Positions 21,301 to 30,008 of a stretch of 64,000 bases of DNA are shown here, piece after piece (within the stretch, counting starts at the first letter, position 1; each line of letters starts with the position of its first letter). The position numbers were made by a program, and so were the translations under genes. Where the stretch lies: assembly GCA_963804995.1 (NCBI GenBank), contig CAWDSK010000003.1:1088001-1152000 (forward strand), given 5' to 3'. Under the pieces are notes generated by a model that was given only the letters and a program-made list of their open reading frames with translations, did no database searches and was not told the origin of the DNA. Source of the DNA: an uncultured Acidobacteriota bacterium. GTDB lineage: Bacteria; Acidobacteriota; Terriglobia; UBA7540.

Positions 21301-22363
21301 GGGGACTCCCATTGGGTCCACCATGCCCGTCACCGGAACACCCTATGCGATTGCAAGCGGCGCTTTTGCCACGGCCCAAGCAACCGTTCAGACATTCCTG
21401 GCGGTGGGTACGTATATGCTGACCGTGCAATACAGTGGTGATGGCAACTACCTGGGGTCCACCTCGCCACCCGCCTATTTAAATGTTACCGACTTCACGG
21501 AGACGGCAAATCCCTCGTCCATCACCATCCCGGTATCCGGGCAGGGCGGGACTTCGACGATCACTCTTACCCCTGTGAACGACTTCTTCGGCACTGTGAA
21601 CCTCAACGTAGCCAGCATCTGTCCGATGGGCACGACCTGCATGGTTTCGCCTTCTTCCGTCTACCTTGCGGGCATTCCGCCCGCGACCGCCACTTTTTCG
21701 ATTACTACTACGGCGAATGTCAGTCCCAGGCTCCCCAATCCGCAACCTAGAGTCCCGCCAGGCTTTTCCCTGCCCTTCGGATGGGTATGGTGGTTGGCAG
21801 GTTTGGTGGCTTTGGCCATGCTGCTAGGCTTGGCTACGGCACAACACTCCCGAGTGGGCTGGGTGTTTGTCGCCGCGGTGCTCGTTGTGGGAGTGTGGGC
21901 GGCCTGCGGTGGTGGAGGTGGTGGAGGTGTGAGCCCGCCACCACCCCCGACACCTGCCATCAGCTTTTCTCCGCCCAATCTTACGTTTGGCGCGCAAAGA
22001 GTGGGCACCACAAGCGCGGGACAGACTGTGACGGTCACCAACACTGGCAACGCCGTGTTGAACATCGTGACCATGGGAATTGGGGGCACGAATCCTTTGG
22101 ACTTCTCCCAGACCACCACGTGTGGCAACAGCTTGGCCGCCAGCGCCAACTGTGTGATCAATGTGACCTTCACGCCGACAGCTCAGGGGGCGCGCAGCGC
22201 CGCAATTGACTTTAATGACAACGCGGGGGTCGGCTCGCAAACGTACAGCTTGAGCGGTACCGCGACTCCGCCCACGACACCACCCGGCACCTATCCAATC
22301 CAAATAAATGCCGTAAGTGGGAACGACGAGCATACCCTGACGATCTCCGTAACCGTGCAGTGA
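18356..22363 (+). CDS. S53 (sedolisin/kumamolisin) peptidase with pro-domain, Ig-like repeats and C-terminal membrane module
   Basis: Pro-domain WLTPEQFGEQFG; EADLNVQW (canonical EADLD), AAGDSG, GTSAS, GYDLATGLGS; YSGDGNY-type Ig repeats. Confidence 0.9.
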   Translation: MKISPSLFTALFSIGMFLLPANVQAETGPVRARVTQPVDMQNLVTLRGNTHPLARTEYDQGVAPDNLAMSRMLLVLQRGKDQESALRQLLDDQQMKSSSRFHQWLTPEQFGEQFGPADADIQAIIDWLTTQGFLVTKVAAGRTVIEFSGTAGLVRQVLGTEIHRYRVNGEDHWANTSDPQIPAALEPVVAGFASLNNFPRKPMHQSLGTFSRSKATGKVQPLFTYEVSGGYYLAVGPTDFATIYNVLPLWNAGTDGSGQTIAVVGETNINIQDVRDFRNMFGLPAKDPIIILNGPDPGINGEEVEADLNVQWSGAVAKGATIDLVVSESTEASAGIDLSALYIVDNNLAPVMSESYGSCEASLGVGGNQFYNTLWEQAAAQGITVLLAAGDSGSAGCDSAIAGETIARYGLAVSGLASTPFNVAVGGTDFNDANNPTTYWSLTNTLPSQSSVKSYIPESTWNDSCAASGSLTGCSPPPNSDYLSQGFYLVAGGGGPSSCINPTGTFPSVTCSGSYPKPSWQSGLGVPNDGARDIPDVSLFAGNGLNYSFYVICQMDANASAGGDSSSCDLNSPYTDFQGGSGTSASTQTFAGIMALVNQRYGRQGNANYVLYPMAAKSGASCNSNPANVTNSSCVFYDVTVGNNSVICLLGSPNCSSAPTQYGIMISGNPAAAAYPATPGYDLATGLGSVNVANLINNWTSVSFTASTTTLSLSTNPATNPISLTHGQPINFTIQVISGSGTPAGDVSLIAQTSTSQSTGIGPFTLGGGSVSGATVMLPGGNYTVTAHYAGNGTFAASDSSPGIQVTVGKESSLTSAELVTFNANTGAPSYGVTTTPYGSPYALRMNVTNSSGQPCASPVTGLIAYPCPTGALTVSPAPTDENPPPGTVPGHYALNSQGYAEDIPIQLLPGTYPFVASYTGDNSYNSSISPSIPITITQAPTTIGITAPASVAGPNEVSLTATITTLSNGVGPTGTVQFFNAGTPIGSTMPVTGTPYAIASGAFATAQATVQTFLAVGTYMLTVQYSGDGNYLGSTSPPAYLNVTDFTETANPSSITIPVSGQGGTSTITLTPVNDFFGTVNLNVASICPMGTTCMVSPSSVYLAGIPPATATFSITTTANVSPRLPNPQPRVPPGFSLPFGWVWWLAGLVALAMLLGLATAQHSRVGWVFVAAVLVVGVWAACGGGGGGGVSPPPPPTPAISFSPPNLTFGAQRVGTTSAGQTVTVTNTGNAVLNIVTMGIGGTNPLDFSQTTTCGNSLAASANCVINVTFTPTAQGARSAAIDFNDNAGVGSQTYSLSGTATPPTTPPGTYPIQINAVSGNDEHTLTISVTVQ

Positions 22364-22538
22364 GAATCGGTCGGCGGGAAACTAATGGCCCAGCGCCCCT
22401 CAACCGCCAACTTCCCTTTCATCCTTTCGAGGCCCCGGCCGCAGAATACCGACCACTTGAATTCAAAATATAAAGTTTCGCCGCGGCTCCCTTGCGGTTA
22501 CAATCGGAGGTGGCCCGAAGCCGCCCACGAGGTGGGAA

Positions 22539-22838
22539 ATGGTAACCCGAGATCAGGTGTTCGAGGTTTTACACAATTGCTACGACCCGGAGATCCCCGT
22601 CAATCTGGTTGACCTGGGGCTGATCTACGATGTCAAGATTGATGACGATCGCGTGAACGTAGTGATGACGCTCACCGCCCGGGGTTGCCCTGCGCATAGT
22701 TTCATCAGTGAGGACGTGCGCGCGCGTGTGGCACAGATTCCTGGCGTCAAGTCGACCCAGGTGCAAGTGGTGTGGGACCCGCCCTGGGACCCCAGCCGCA
22801 TGACCGACGTCGCCAGGAAACGCCTCGGCCTCGGTTGA
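22539..22838 (+). CDS. DUF59 / SufT-like metal-sulfur cluster assembly factor
   Basis: DPEIPVNLVDLGLIY, MTLTARGCP, VWDPPWDP. Confidence 0.92.
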   Translation: MVTRDQVFEVLHNCYDPEIPVNLVDLGLIYDVKIDDDRVNVVMTLTARGCPAHSFISEDVRARVAQIPGVKSTQVQVVWDPPWDPSRMTDVARKRLGLG

Positions 22839-22985
22839 CGACAGCCACCCCCTGTATCCAGAGGGGAATTCACAAACAATTTGTTGCCCCTCCTGCGTTT
22901 TTGGGCTACCGGTAGCCCAAATCGTACGCCGACGTTTTGACCATCGCCTGGGGATTATTGTTAACCTGAAAAGTGGAAGTAATAG

Positions 22986-23158
22986 TGTGCTGGCGATACC
23001 GAAGGGAGCACCTCGCGTTGCGGATGGACGGCTGGTGATGAACGGGTGCGAGGGCCGAAAATGGAGCCTCGTCAGGACGCGTTAAGCAAGACTCCTGCCC
23101 CCTTCGGGCGTCAGTGCTGACCCGACTCTTACCGACCTGACTCGCCCGTGACACACCT
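22986..23158 (+). ncRNA. Candidate structured non-coding RNA, family not recognised, strand uncertain
   Basis: GTGCTGGCG..CCGAAGGG pairs with CCCTTCGG.CGTCAGTGC; AT-rich promoter-like sequence at 22958-22988; no credible ORF. Confidence 0.3.
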
Positions 23159-23245
23159 CAAAAGCAGTAACAAGTGACAAGTGACGAGAACCCTGCCGTG
23201 ACAGCGGCAATTCTCAAGACCCCAATCGACTCACCCCAACCATGA

Positions 23246-24070
23246 CACACTCCCCCGTATCGGTTATCGGCAGTGTCAGGTAATAAGGTGAATTAAATGC
23301 TGATTTCGAAAATCGCCAATCACAAATCGGCCGATCATCCCATGATTTGACGACTCGATGCTAAGTGCCCTGACGAGGTATAAGGTATGAGCGATGAGTA
23401 AGGAGTGCCTGCAGTCGCAAAAGCACCCAATCAGCAAATGTTTCGATGAACCGATGGCCCGATCCCTCTGTGCACACTCCCCCGCATCGGATATCGGTGG
23501 GCTCAATGCCGCGGATGAGGCGAATTAAGGGCCCTGACAAACAGCTTGCCCCCTCACCCGTCCCGCGCCGGCTGATGAAGACGCCGGCCGCGGTCCACCC
23601 TCTCCCCTCGGAGAGGGCTATGGATCTTCGCCTTGTGCTCATGAACCGATGCGCAGCCCCCCCACCGACCCTCGGCCCCGCCGTGGCACTCCCCCACATC
23701 GGTTATCGGTGGTATCAGGTAAGAAGATGAATCAAATGCCGACTTCGAAAACCGAAAATCACAAATCGCCATTCGCAAATGACCTGATCGCCCGATCTCC
23801 CGACCCTCAGCCCCCGCCGGCCCACACTCCCCCGCATCGGTTATCGGCGGGTTCGACGCCAAGGATGAGGCAAATTGAAGGGCCCATGACACGCGCCCTG
23901 ACCCCTCACCCGTCGTGCTCCGGCTGGTGAAAGCGCCGGCAGCACGCCACCCTCTCCCCTCGGAGAGGGCTATGAATTTTCGCCTTGGGCTGATGAAGCG
24001 ATCGCCAGATCAACCGATCTCCCGATCCTCAGCCCCCGCGCGGGCCACACTTCCCCGTTTCGGTTATCGG
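23246..24070. repeat. Array of five 23-25 nt motifs CACACTCCCCCGCATCGGTTATCGG with alternating spacer types
   Basis: Copies at 23246, 23473, 23687, 23823, 24046; a sixth at 14421. Confidence 0.8.
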
Positions 24071-24149
24071 CCGAAACTCGCGCAACTTGAGACCAAGTAC
24101 TGGCCACGCGGGTGGGGCAACGCTGATCAGCGCTGTCCCAAATGCGGCC

Positions 24150-25301
24150 CTAACCCGTGAACTCGCGCAGGTGCCATTTGGGATCGAACAGGTTGAAGAG
24201 TCCTGGTTTGAAAGGATGTTCCTTAATCAAGGCTTCGTTGAGGGAGATGCCAAGCCCGGGCCCTTGGGGGGGATCGAAGTAACCGTCCTTCGGGCGCGGC
24301 GCTCCGGGCACAGCCTCCAGAACCCAACTTTCCGAAAAGTCGTCGAAGCATTCCTGCACTTTAACGTTGGTTGTGCAGAAATCAAAATGCAGGCTTGCCG
24401 CCGTCGAAACCGGGCCGTTGGAGTTGTGTGGAGCCATCAGCATATTGCGAGCGTCCGCCATGGCCGCGATTTTTTTCATATCCAGCAGCCCCCCGGCATG
24501 AATAACGTCCGCTTGCAGGATGTCCGGGGCGCCGGATTCAATCACTTCTCGAAAACCATGATGGGTGTAATAGCGTTCGCCGGTGGCGACAGGAATCCGG
24601 ACGTGCTCGGAGACTTTTTTAAGCGAAGGAATATCTTCAGGCGGGCAAGGCTCTTCGATCCAGCCAGGATGAGAGGGCTCGAGGTGCCGCGCGATCTCAA
24701 TGGCAGTCGCAGCGCTGAAGCGCCCATGCATTTCGACAAAGATTTCAACGTCGGGGCCGACAGCGTCGCGGATGGCCGCCACCAAATCCACCGAGCGGGT
24801 CATCTCGGCGCGCGAAAGTTCCAAGTCGCCGGCACCGAAAGGGTCAACCTTGAGCGCCTTATAACCTTTCTGCAATACTACTTTGACACGCTTGGCAAAT
24901 TCCTCCGGCTTCCGTTCCACCGTGTACCAGGCATTGGCGTAAGCCTTGATTTTCTCGTGGCAGCGGCCGCCCAGCAGCCTCCAAATAGGCTGGCCAAGGG
25001 CCTTGCCGATGATATCCCAGCAGGCGATTTCGATTCCGCTCATGGCGGTGGTGGCGATAACTCCGCCGCGCCAGAATTCGTTGCGGTACATGCGCCGCCA
25101 CAGGTCCTCAACATTAAAGGGATCGCTGCCCAGCACGTGACGCCGGACAGCGCCTTCGAGATAACCCAGCAGGCCTTCCTCGCGGTTCTGCAAGGTGCAT
25201 TCGCCGAAACCCACCAGCCCTTCGTCGGTCGTCACCTTCAGGAAAATCAGATTGCGCCAGCTCGTTCCCATAACCAAGGGCTCAACCGCCGTGATTTTCA
25301 T
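24150..25301 (-). CDS. Mandelate racemase/MLE family dehydratase (galactonate dehydratase-like)
   Basis: MKITAVE, SGIEIACWDIIGKALGQP, KVDPFG, EMHGR, WIEEP, ATGER, APHN. Confidence 0.9.
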   Translation of the reverse strand: MKITAVEPLVMGTSWRNLIFLKVTTDEGLVGFGECTLQNREEGLLGYLEGAVRRHVLGSDPFNVEDLWRRMYRNEFWRGGVIATTAMSGIEIACWDIIGKALGQPIWRLLGGRCHEKIKAYANAWYTVERKPEEFAKRVKVVLQKGYKALKVDPFGAGDLELSRAEMTRSVDLVAAIRDAVGPDVEIFVEMHGRFSAATAIEIARHLEPSHPGWIEEPCPPEDIPSLKKVSEHVRIPVATGERYYTHHGFREVIESGAPDILQADVIHAGGLLDMKKIAAMADARNMLMAPHNSNGPVSTAASLHFDFCTTNVKVQECFDDFSESWVLEAVPGAPRPKDGYFDPPQGPGLGISLNEALIKEHPFKPGLFNLFDPKWHLREFTG

Positions 25302-25438
25302 AAGCAATTCTCTCCGCGCGAAGACTTCATAAAATGTACACGATTGCCGAGGGGATGTCAGCACGACTGGAAGCAGGATAATCTAACTCAAGAGGGGCAA
25401 GCCGGCAAGACAGGCAGGAACGGGATTCCAAAGGGGAG

Positions 25439-25483
25439 AAGAAAATCTCGGACCCGCCTGCGAGAAAAAAACGCAGACGGGTC
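25439..25483 (-). terminator. Hairpin, probable terminator of the ferredoxin gene
   Basis: GACCCGCCTGCG / CGCAGACGGGTC stem followed by T-rich sequence on the minus strand. Confidence 0.5.
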
Positions 25484-25539
25484 AGTCGGTGCAGCGCCGT
25501 TACTGTGCACGAGCGCATCCGCCGGAGGAATATTAAGTT

Positions 25540-25791
25540 CTATTGATAATACTGCGCGTTCTGGTCGACAAAGGCCGCCAGGTTTTCCGGCACCTCATCC
25601 GCCGCAAAGATCGCCGAGGCCTCACAAACCGGGACGCAAGCGCCACAATCAATGCAATTGACGGGGTCGATGAAAAGCTGCGAAACCTCTGCAAACTTGG
25701 CTTCATCCTTACGGGGATGGATGCAATCCACGGGGCAAACGTCAATGCATTTCTCATCCTTCGTGCAAGTTTCAGTGATAATGAAAGCCAT
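25540..25791 (-). CDS. Ferredoxin (dicluster, 7Fe-like)
   Basis: AGGAGG RBS; CIDVCPVDCIH and CIDCGACVPVC. Confidence 0.92.
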   Translation of the reverse strand: MAFIITETCTKDEKCIDVCPVDCIHPRKDEAKFAEVSQLFIDPVNCIDCGACVPVCEASAIFAADEVPENLAAFVDQNAQYYQ

Positions 25792-25886
25792 GATTAAGCT
25801 CTCCTCCTATGAATTTGTGGTTGCCCAAGCCGCGCAAAGAATAGGCGCAGACCAAGGAATTCTTAACATCACGAGCATTACGTCGG

Positions 25887-25902
25887 TGCAATTTGTGCGC
25901 CA
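25887..25902 (-). promoter_or_regulatory. Sigma54 -24/-12 promoter for the ferredoxin gene
   Basis: TGGCGC-ACAAA-TTGCA with exact GG-N10-GC spacing, ~95 nt upstream of ATG. Confidence 0.65.
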
Positions 25903-26033
25903 AAAACCGGTGTCCTTTTTGTCGCTTGCGACAGCCCGGAAAGCGGCTCTGGGCAAAATAGATGGATTGAAAGACTCAGCCTCGGGGGCAAATTGCCCAA
26001 CCCCGGGGTCGGGATTGCCATCACTCGGCAAGC

Positions 26034-26123
26034 GGTAGTGGCGCAGTTTGGCATTTTGTAGCGTCGATCTCCGATCGACGGCGGCGGTCGGAGACCGCCG
26101 CTACAGCAAACTGCACCACTACC
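26034..26123. mobile_element. Miniature element with 17-bp terminal inverted repeats enclosing a REP doublet
   Basis: GGTAGTGGCGCAGTTTG ... CAAACTGCACCACTACC. Confidence 0.6.
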
Positions 26124-26341
26124 CGGCAAGCGCAACCCTTTTCCAGAGGAGGGCTCAACTGGTAGAATAAGGAATGAAAGTTCACCCGGCATGCCGATCC
26201 CGCAGCGCGGGGCCGCCATCGCAGTTTTGGTGAAGAACCGTGCGTCCCCGATAGCTTGCCGGGATGGTGGTAGGGGACAAGCAGGCCCCAGAGGCGTATG
26301 GCGGGGTGGACCCGTGAGCTTCCCGAGAGAGAAAACTTAAC

Positions 26342-27097
26342 TTGTCTTTGCCCAATGCTCAACCCCCAGACTCGCCCCTGAACAACCCCTCGTGGAAAGC
26401 CGAAGTGCTTATGCCCGGGAGCTGGCGGGGGGCCACGTGTGCGCTGCTCTCCAAGGGCCACCACCACATCCTGATCGACACCGGCATGCCCCACGAAGCG
26501 CATCGCCTGATCGAAACCCTGGAAGAGCGCAACCTCCACCCCTCAGATATTCGAATGGTCATCAACACCCATTTTCATGTTGACCATGTAATGAACAACA
26601 GCCTCTTTCCGGAAAGTGAGATTTACGCCTCGCAACAATCGCATGACTGGTGCTGCGCGGTCTATTCCGATCTGCTGGACAATCAGAACTGGGAAAATTT
26701 GATGCTGAAGTACTACCCGGAAATGATCAATTACGCGGAAACCGAGGAATTCATGGGAACCCTGCGGCGCTTCGCCTTGCGCTGGTGGGACCGCGAGCGC
26801 CTGGGCGACCCCTCCCGCTTCCGCTGGATCGAAACTCACCCCTTGCCGGACAACCTGGAGTTCGTGCTGACTTCCGGCCATGTGCCCGGCCATACCTCAG
26901 TGATCGTTCACAATGGCGATCAGCCCATCATCATCGCGGGTGACGCTGTGTTGAGCCGCGACCACGATGAGAATGTCTTGACCATGATCCCCCACAATCG
27001 CGAGCAGTTTCATCTGGATCGCGAACGCATCCTGGCCGTGCCGGGGCGCATCCTTCCCGGACACGACAACGAGTTTTCAAATCAACATCAAAAGTAG
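26342..27097 (+). CDS. Metallo-beta-lactamase fold hydrolase; start uncertain
   Basis: ILIDTG, THFHVDH, GHVPGH, IAGDA, PGHD. Confidence 0.9.
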   Translation: MSLPNAQPPDSPLNNPSWKAEVLMPGSWRGATCALLSKGHHHILIDTGMPHEAHRLIETLEERNLHPSDIRMVINTHFHVDHVMNNSLFPESEIYASQQSHDWCCAVYSDLLDNQNWENLMLKYYPEMINYAETEEFMGTLRRFALRWWDRERLGDPSRFRWIETHPLPDNLEFVLTSGHVPGHTSVIVHNGDQPIIIAGDAVLSRDHDENVLTMIPHNREQFHLDRERILAVPGRILPGHDNEFSNQHQK

Positions 27098-27149
27098 TTC
27101 CCCCTCTATCAACTGGGAGAATAGGCGACTTCCACTCCCTCACATGAGG

Positions 27150-27259
27150 GGTAGTGGTGCAGTTTGATGGTGTAGCGGCGAGTTTACCTCGCCATATGGC
27201 GGCGTCCCGTTCGGATCGGGATGAATGCCGCCGCCTCTACGTCAAACTGCACCACTACC
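27150..27259. mobile_element. Second miniature element with the same 17-bp inverted repeats but different internal REP sequence
   Basis: GGTAGTGGTGCAGTTTG ... CAAACTGCACCACTACC. Confidence 0.6.
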
Positions 27260-27383
27260 ATATAAGGGATTGACTTTCGTTCCAAGTTCAACGAGTATAA
27301 AAATGACCAGTCGGTCACTTGGTAGTTGAAACAGAGTAGTTTAAGCAGCTTCGCGAAAATGCTCCCGCACTACGGAGAACAGG

Positions 27384-27794
27384 GTGGGATCAGACGGCTC
27401 GCAACGCAAGGTTCTGATCGTTGAGGATGAACCCTCCATCCGCAACGTGCTGTACGTATTGCTTGCCGGACACGGTTGCGAGGGCATGGTTGCCCACGAC
27501 TCGCGCCATGCACTCTCGATGATCCGTCAAGACAGTTTCGATGCGGTGCTTTTGGATCTTCGCTGCACGAACCTGGTTCCCGACCAGATGGTTGCAGCCA
27601 TCACCGAACTCCGGCCCAGCCTGGTGGGGCGCGTCCTGGTCATCACCGGAGAGGTCAACGACCCCAACACGCTCGCCATGCTGGAGCGCCACGCCTTGCC
27701 CCACGTCCCGCGCAACCGCGTCGTGGTGGAGCTTTGGGACCGGCTCAAAATTTTGCTGGGTCTCAGTCCCTCACGCGCCGATTCAACTTCCTGA
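27384..27794 (+). CDS. Stand-alone response regulator receiver protein
   Basis: VLIVEDE, DAVLLDL, VITG; canonical Lys-Pro not evident. Confidence 0.8.
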   Translation: MGSDGSQRKVLIVEDEPSIRNVLYVLLAGHGCEGMVAHDSRHALSMIRQDSFDAVLLDLRCTNLVPDQMVAAITELRPSLVGRVLVITGEVNDPNTLAMLERHALPHVPRNRVVVELWDRLKILLGLSPSRADSTS

Positions 27795-27824
27795 ATGGCT
27801 GGCGCCCAGGCTTCTCTTCCCGCC

Positions 27825-28667
27825 TTATAGCTTGACGGTTCCCACGTAGTCCGCCAGAGCCTCCTGCCAAGGACGAGGCAGCGCGAAGCCGGCCGCTCGC
27901 AAGGCGCTCATTTCCATTACTGCATATTTCAGGCGGGGGACTCGCCGGCCCATCAGGGCATCCGGCACACCCATCACCTTTTCAGGATTCAAGCCAGCCA
28001 GTTCCACCGCCCGGCGCGCCAACTCATAGCGCGTGCATGAGCCTTGGTTCGACAGGTGATAGAGCCCGTGAGGGCCGGCCTCAACCACCTCCAGAATTTT
28101 CATCCCGGCATCCACCGTATGCGTGGCAGAGCCCAATTGGTCGCTTGCCACAACGTATTCGCCGCCCGACGCCACTTTGCGAATTCCCTTTTCCACGAAG
28201 TTGATTTTCCCCGGACCGAACAATACTGAGACGCGAAAGATCCAGTGCTTCGGCAAAGCCTTTACGGCCTGCTCGGCTTGTAGCTTGGTCCGACCGTAAA
28301 CGGTGAGTGGCCGCGGCTGATCGCTTTCTACGTAGGGGGCCGACTTCATACCATCAAAGACCGAGTCCGTTGAAATATGCGCGACCCCTGCCCCCAACTG
28401 GCGTGCCGCTTCCACCACGTTGCGGGCGCCATGATAATTCACTTGAAAACCTCGCGCGGGGTCGGCCTCGCAAATATCGAGATCCGGGATTCCGGCTGGA
28501 TGTACCACCAGGTCGGGCCTGACCCGCTCCAGAGCAGCACGGACGGCCTCCCCATCGGTGATGTCAGCATCGGCATGGGTCAGGGGAAAAACTTCATGAC
28601 GCGTGGAGAAAGCCACGACCAGTCCGTGCCCAAACAGTCCCGCCGCGCCTGTGATAGCAACTCGCAT
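27825..28667 (-). CDS. rfbD: dTDP-4-dehydrorhamnose reductase family SDR
   Basis: ITGAAGLFG, HISTDSVFDG, YGRTK. Confidence 0.85.
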   Translation of the reverse strand: MRVAITGAAGLFGHGLVVAFSTRHEVFPLTHADADITDGEAVRAALERVRPDLVVHPAGIPDLDICEADPARGFQVNYHGARNVVEAARQLGAGVAHISTDSVFDGMKSAPYVESDQPRPLTVYGRTKLQAEQAVKALPKHWIFRVSVLFGPGKINFVEKGIRKVASGGEYVVASDQLGSATHTVDAGMKILEVVEAGPHGLYHLSNQGSCTRYELARRAVELAGLNPEKVMGVPDALMGRRVPRLKYAVMEMSALRAAGFALPRPWQEALADYVGTVKL

Positions 28668-28671
28668 GGTC

Positions 28672-29217
28672 CTAGGGTTTGGCTCCTTCCTTCTTCTCAA
28701 GCTCCGCGACGTACTCGCGCAACTTCGTTGCCACACGCTGGGCGATCTGGTCAGGAGTCATATCTTTGGCATAGATCTCGGTCTCGGGCCCGGCCGGAGG
28801 CTCCGGGTCATCCGGCTTCCTTTTGCGGTCCAGAATATTCACCTGCCAGAGCGGTTGGTCGGTCACCCAATCGACCACTGTGAAGGAAACTGCCGGCAAA
28901 TCGGTTTTTCTCCGCGACAAGGGAGTGCGCCGGTCTTCACCCTTGGGCACGGGAACCCCATCGCGCTTCCCCCATTGGGTTTCCTTCTCGGGTTTATAGG
29001 ACTTGAGAATCAAGTTCACGCCCTCCGAGTTGGCCGTGACCTGATATTTCCCCCACTGGCGTAGATCGTCAATAAGATAAGTATCCAAGCCCTGCGGCAT
29101 GGGGGCGACGTAGATCAGTTTTCCTGTGAGCAGCGGATTGGGCCGTGGTTTCGGGGCTTGCACTGGGGTGAGTGCAGGCGCCGTGATAAGCAAAAATAGA
29201 AGAATCCACCGGAACAT
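28672..29217 (-). CDS. Hypothetical exported protein
   Basis: GGAGGTG RBS, signal peptide, stop 4 nt from the rfbD start. Confidence 0.7.
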   Translation of the reverse strand: MFRWILLFLLITAPALTPVQAPKPRPNPLLTGKLIYVAPMPQGLDTYLIDDLRQWGKYQVTANSEGVNLILKSYKPEKETQWGKRDGVPVPKGEDRRTPLSRRKTDLPAVSFTVVDWVTDQPLWQVNILDRKRKPDDPEPPAGPETEIYAKDMTPDQIAQRVATKLREYVAELEKKEGAKP

Positions 29218-29302
29218 AGACAGTCACCTCCCTAGGCTCGTGAGACACCACCGCCGCGAAGCCCTGTCAACCTGCGACTCTTCAACCTTTCAAACCATTC
29301 CT

Positions 29303-29785
29303 TCACGCCAGCTTTTTCAGCTCCGCGAGAATCTCAGAGTTCTCCGGTTGCTCCCTCAGCTCGTAAATCTTCGACCATGCGATCTTGCCCGCCCTGTCGA
29401 CGATAAATACCGCACGGTCGTTGATAAAGGGAATCTGGTGCTTGGTGGGCGGAAACACTCCGTAGGATGCGGCCGTATCGGCATAGGGCCAGCGGTCCGC
29501 CCCCAGCGGGAATTTCAGCCCGCCGAGTTGCTTCTGGAAAGCGATGTGGGAAAAAACCGTGTCCGTTGAGACGCCCAGAACCTGGGCGTTCAAGCCGGCA
29601 AACTTGGCGAGATCCGCCTGGAATGCCGACAGTTCGTTCTGTCAAACCGGTGTGAAATCGAGCGCGTAAAAAGCCAGCACGATGTTCTTATCGCGGTTAG
29701 CGGAAAGCTCAAACTCTCCTTGCAACTCGGCTGTGGAGCAAGGAATTTTGAAATCCGGGGCCGCGTCTCCAACCTTCAACGCCAT
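29303..29785 (-). CDS. AhpC/TSA peroxiredoxin with selenocysteine (UGA at codon 48, 29642-29644)
   Basis: GGAGG RBS; MALKVGDAAPDF...VLAFYALDFTPV*QNELSAFQ...QVLGVSTD; UGA at the TxxC peroxidatic position; frame stays open to a 160-aa protein; hairpin just downstream. Confidence 0.88.
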
Positions 29786-30008
29786 ACAGACCTCCATCCC
29801 TCAACAGGAATTTGCCCGCACGTCGGTATAACCAGGCGCGCTGACCTTCGAAACTTAGGGTTGCCCAGAAGTTAACTCTGGAATTCTAACCGAGGATCAA
29901 GGCAAAAGAAAGGGACAACGCGGAGAGAGGTAATGCACAAAACACCTCTCTCCCCGCGCGTTCATGACGATCCTGAAAGAGACTTGCGGCTCGTGAGTCC
30001 TGACTCCC

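Noticed and set aside
22986..23120. 5S rRNA or glycine riboswitch
   Set aside because: Only short word matches; conserved cores are absent.
23246..24070. CRISPR array
   Set aside because: Spacers are 110-200 nt, unequal and homologous to each other; repeats are degenerate; no cas genes.
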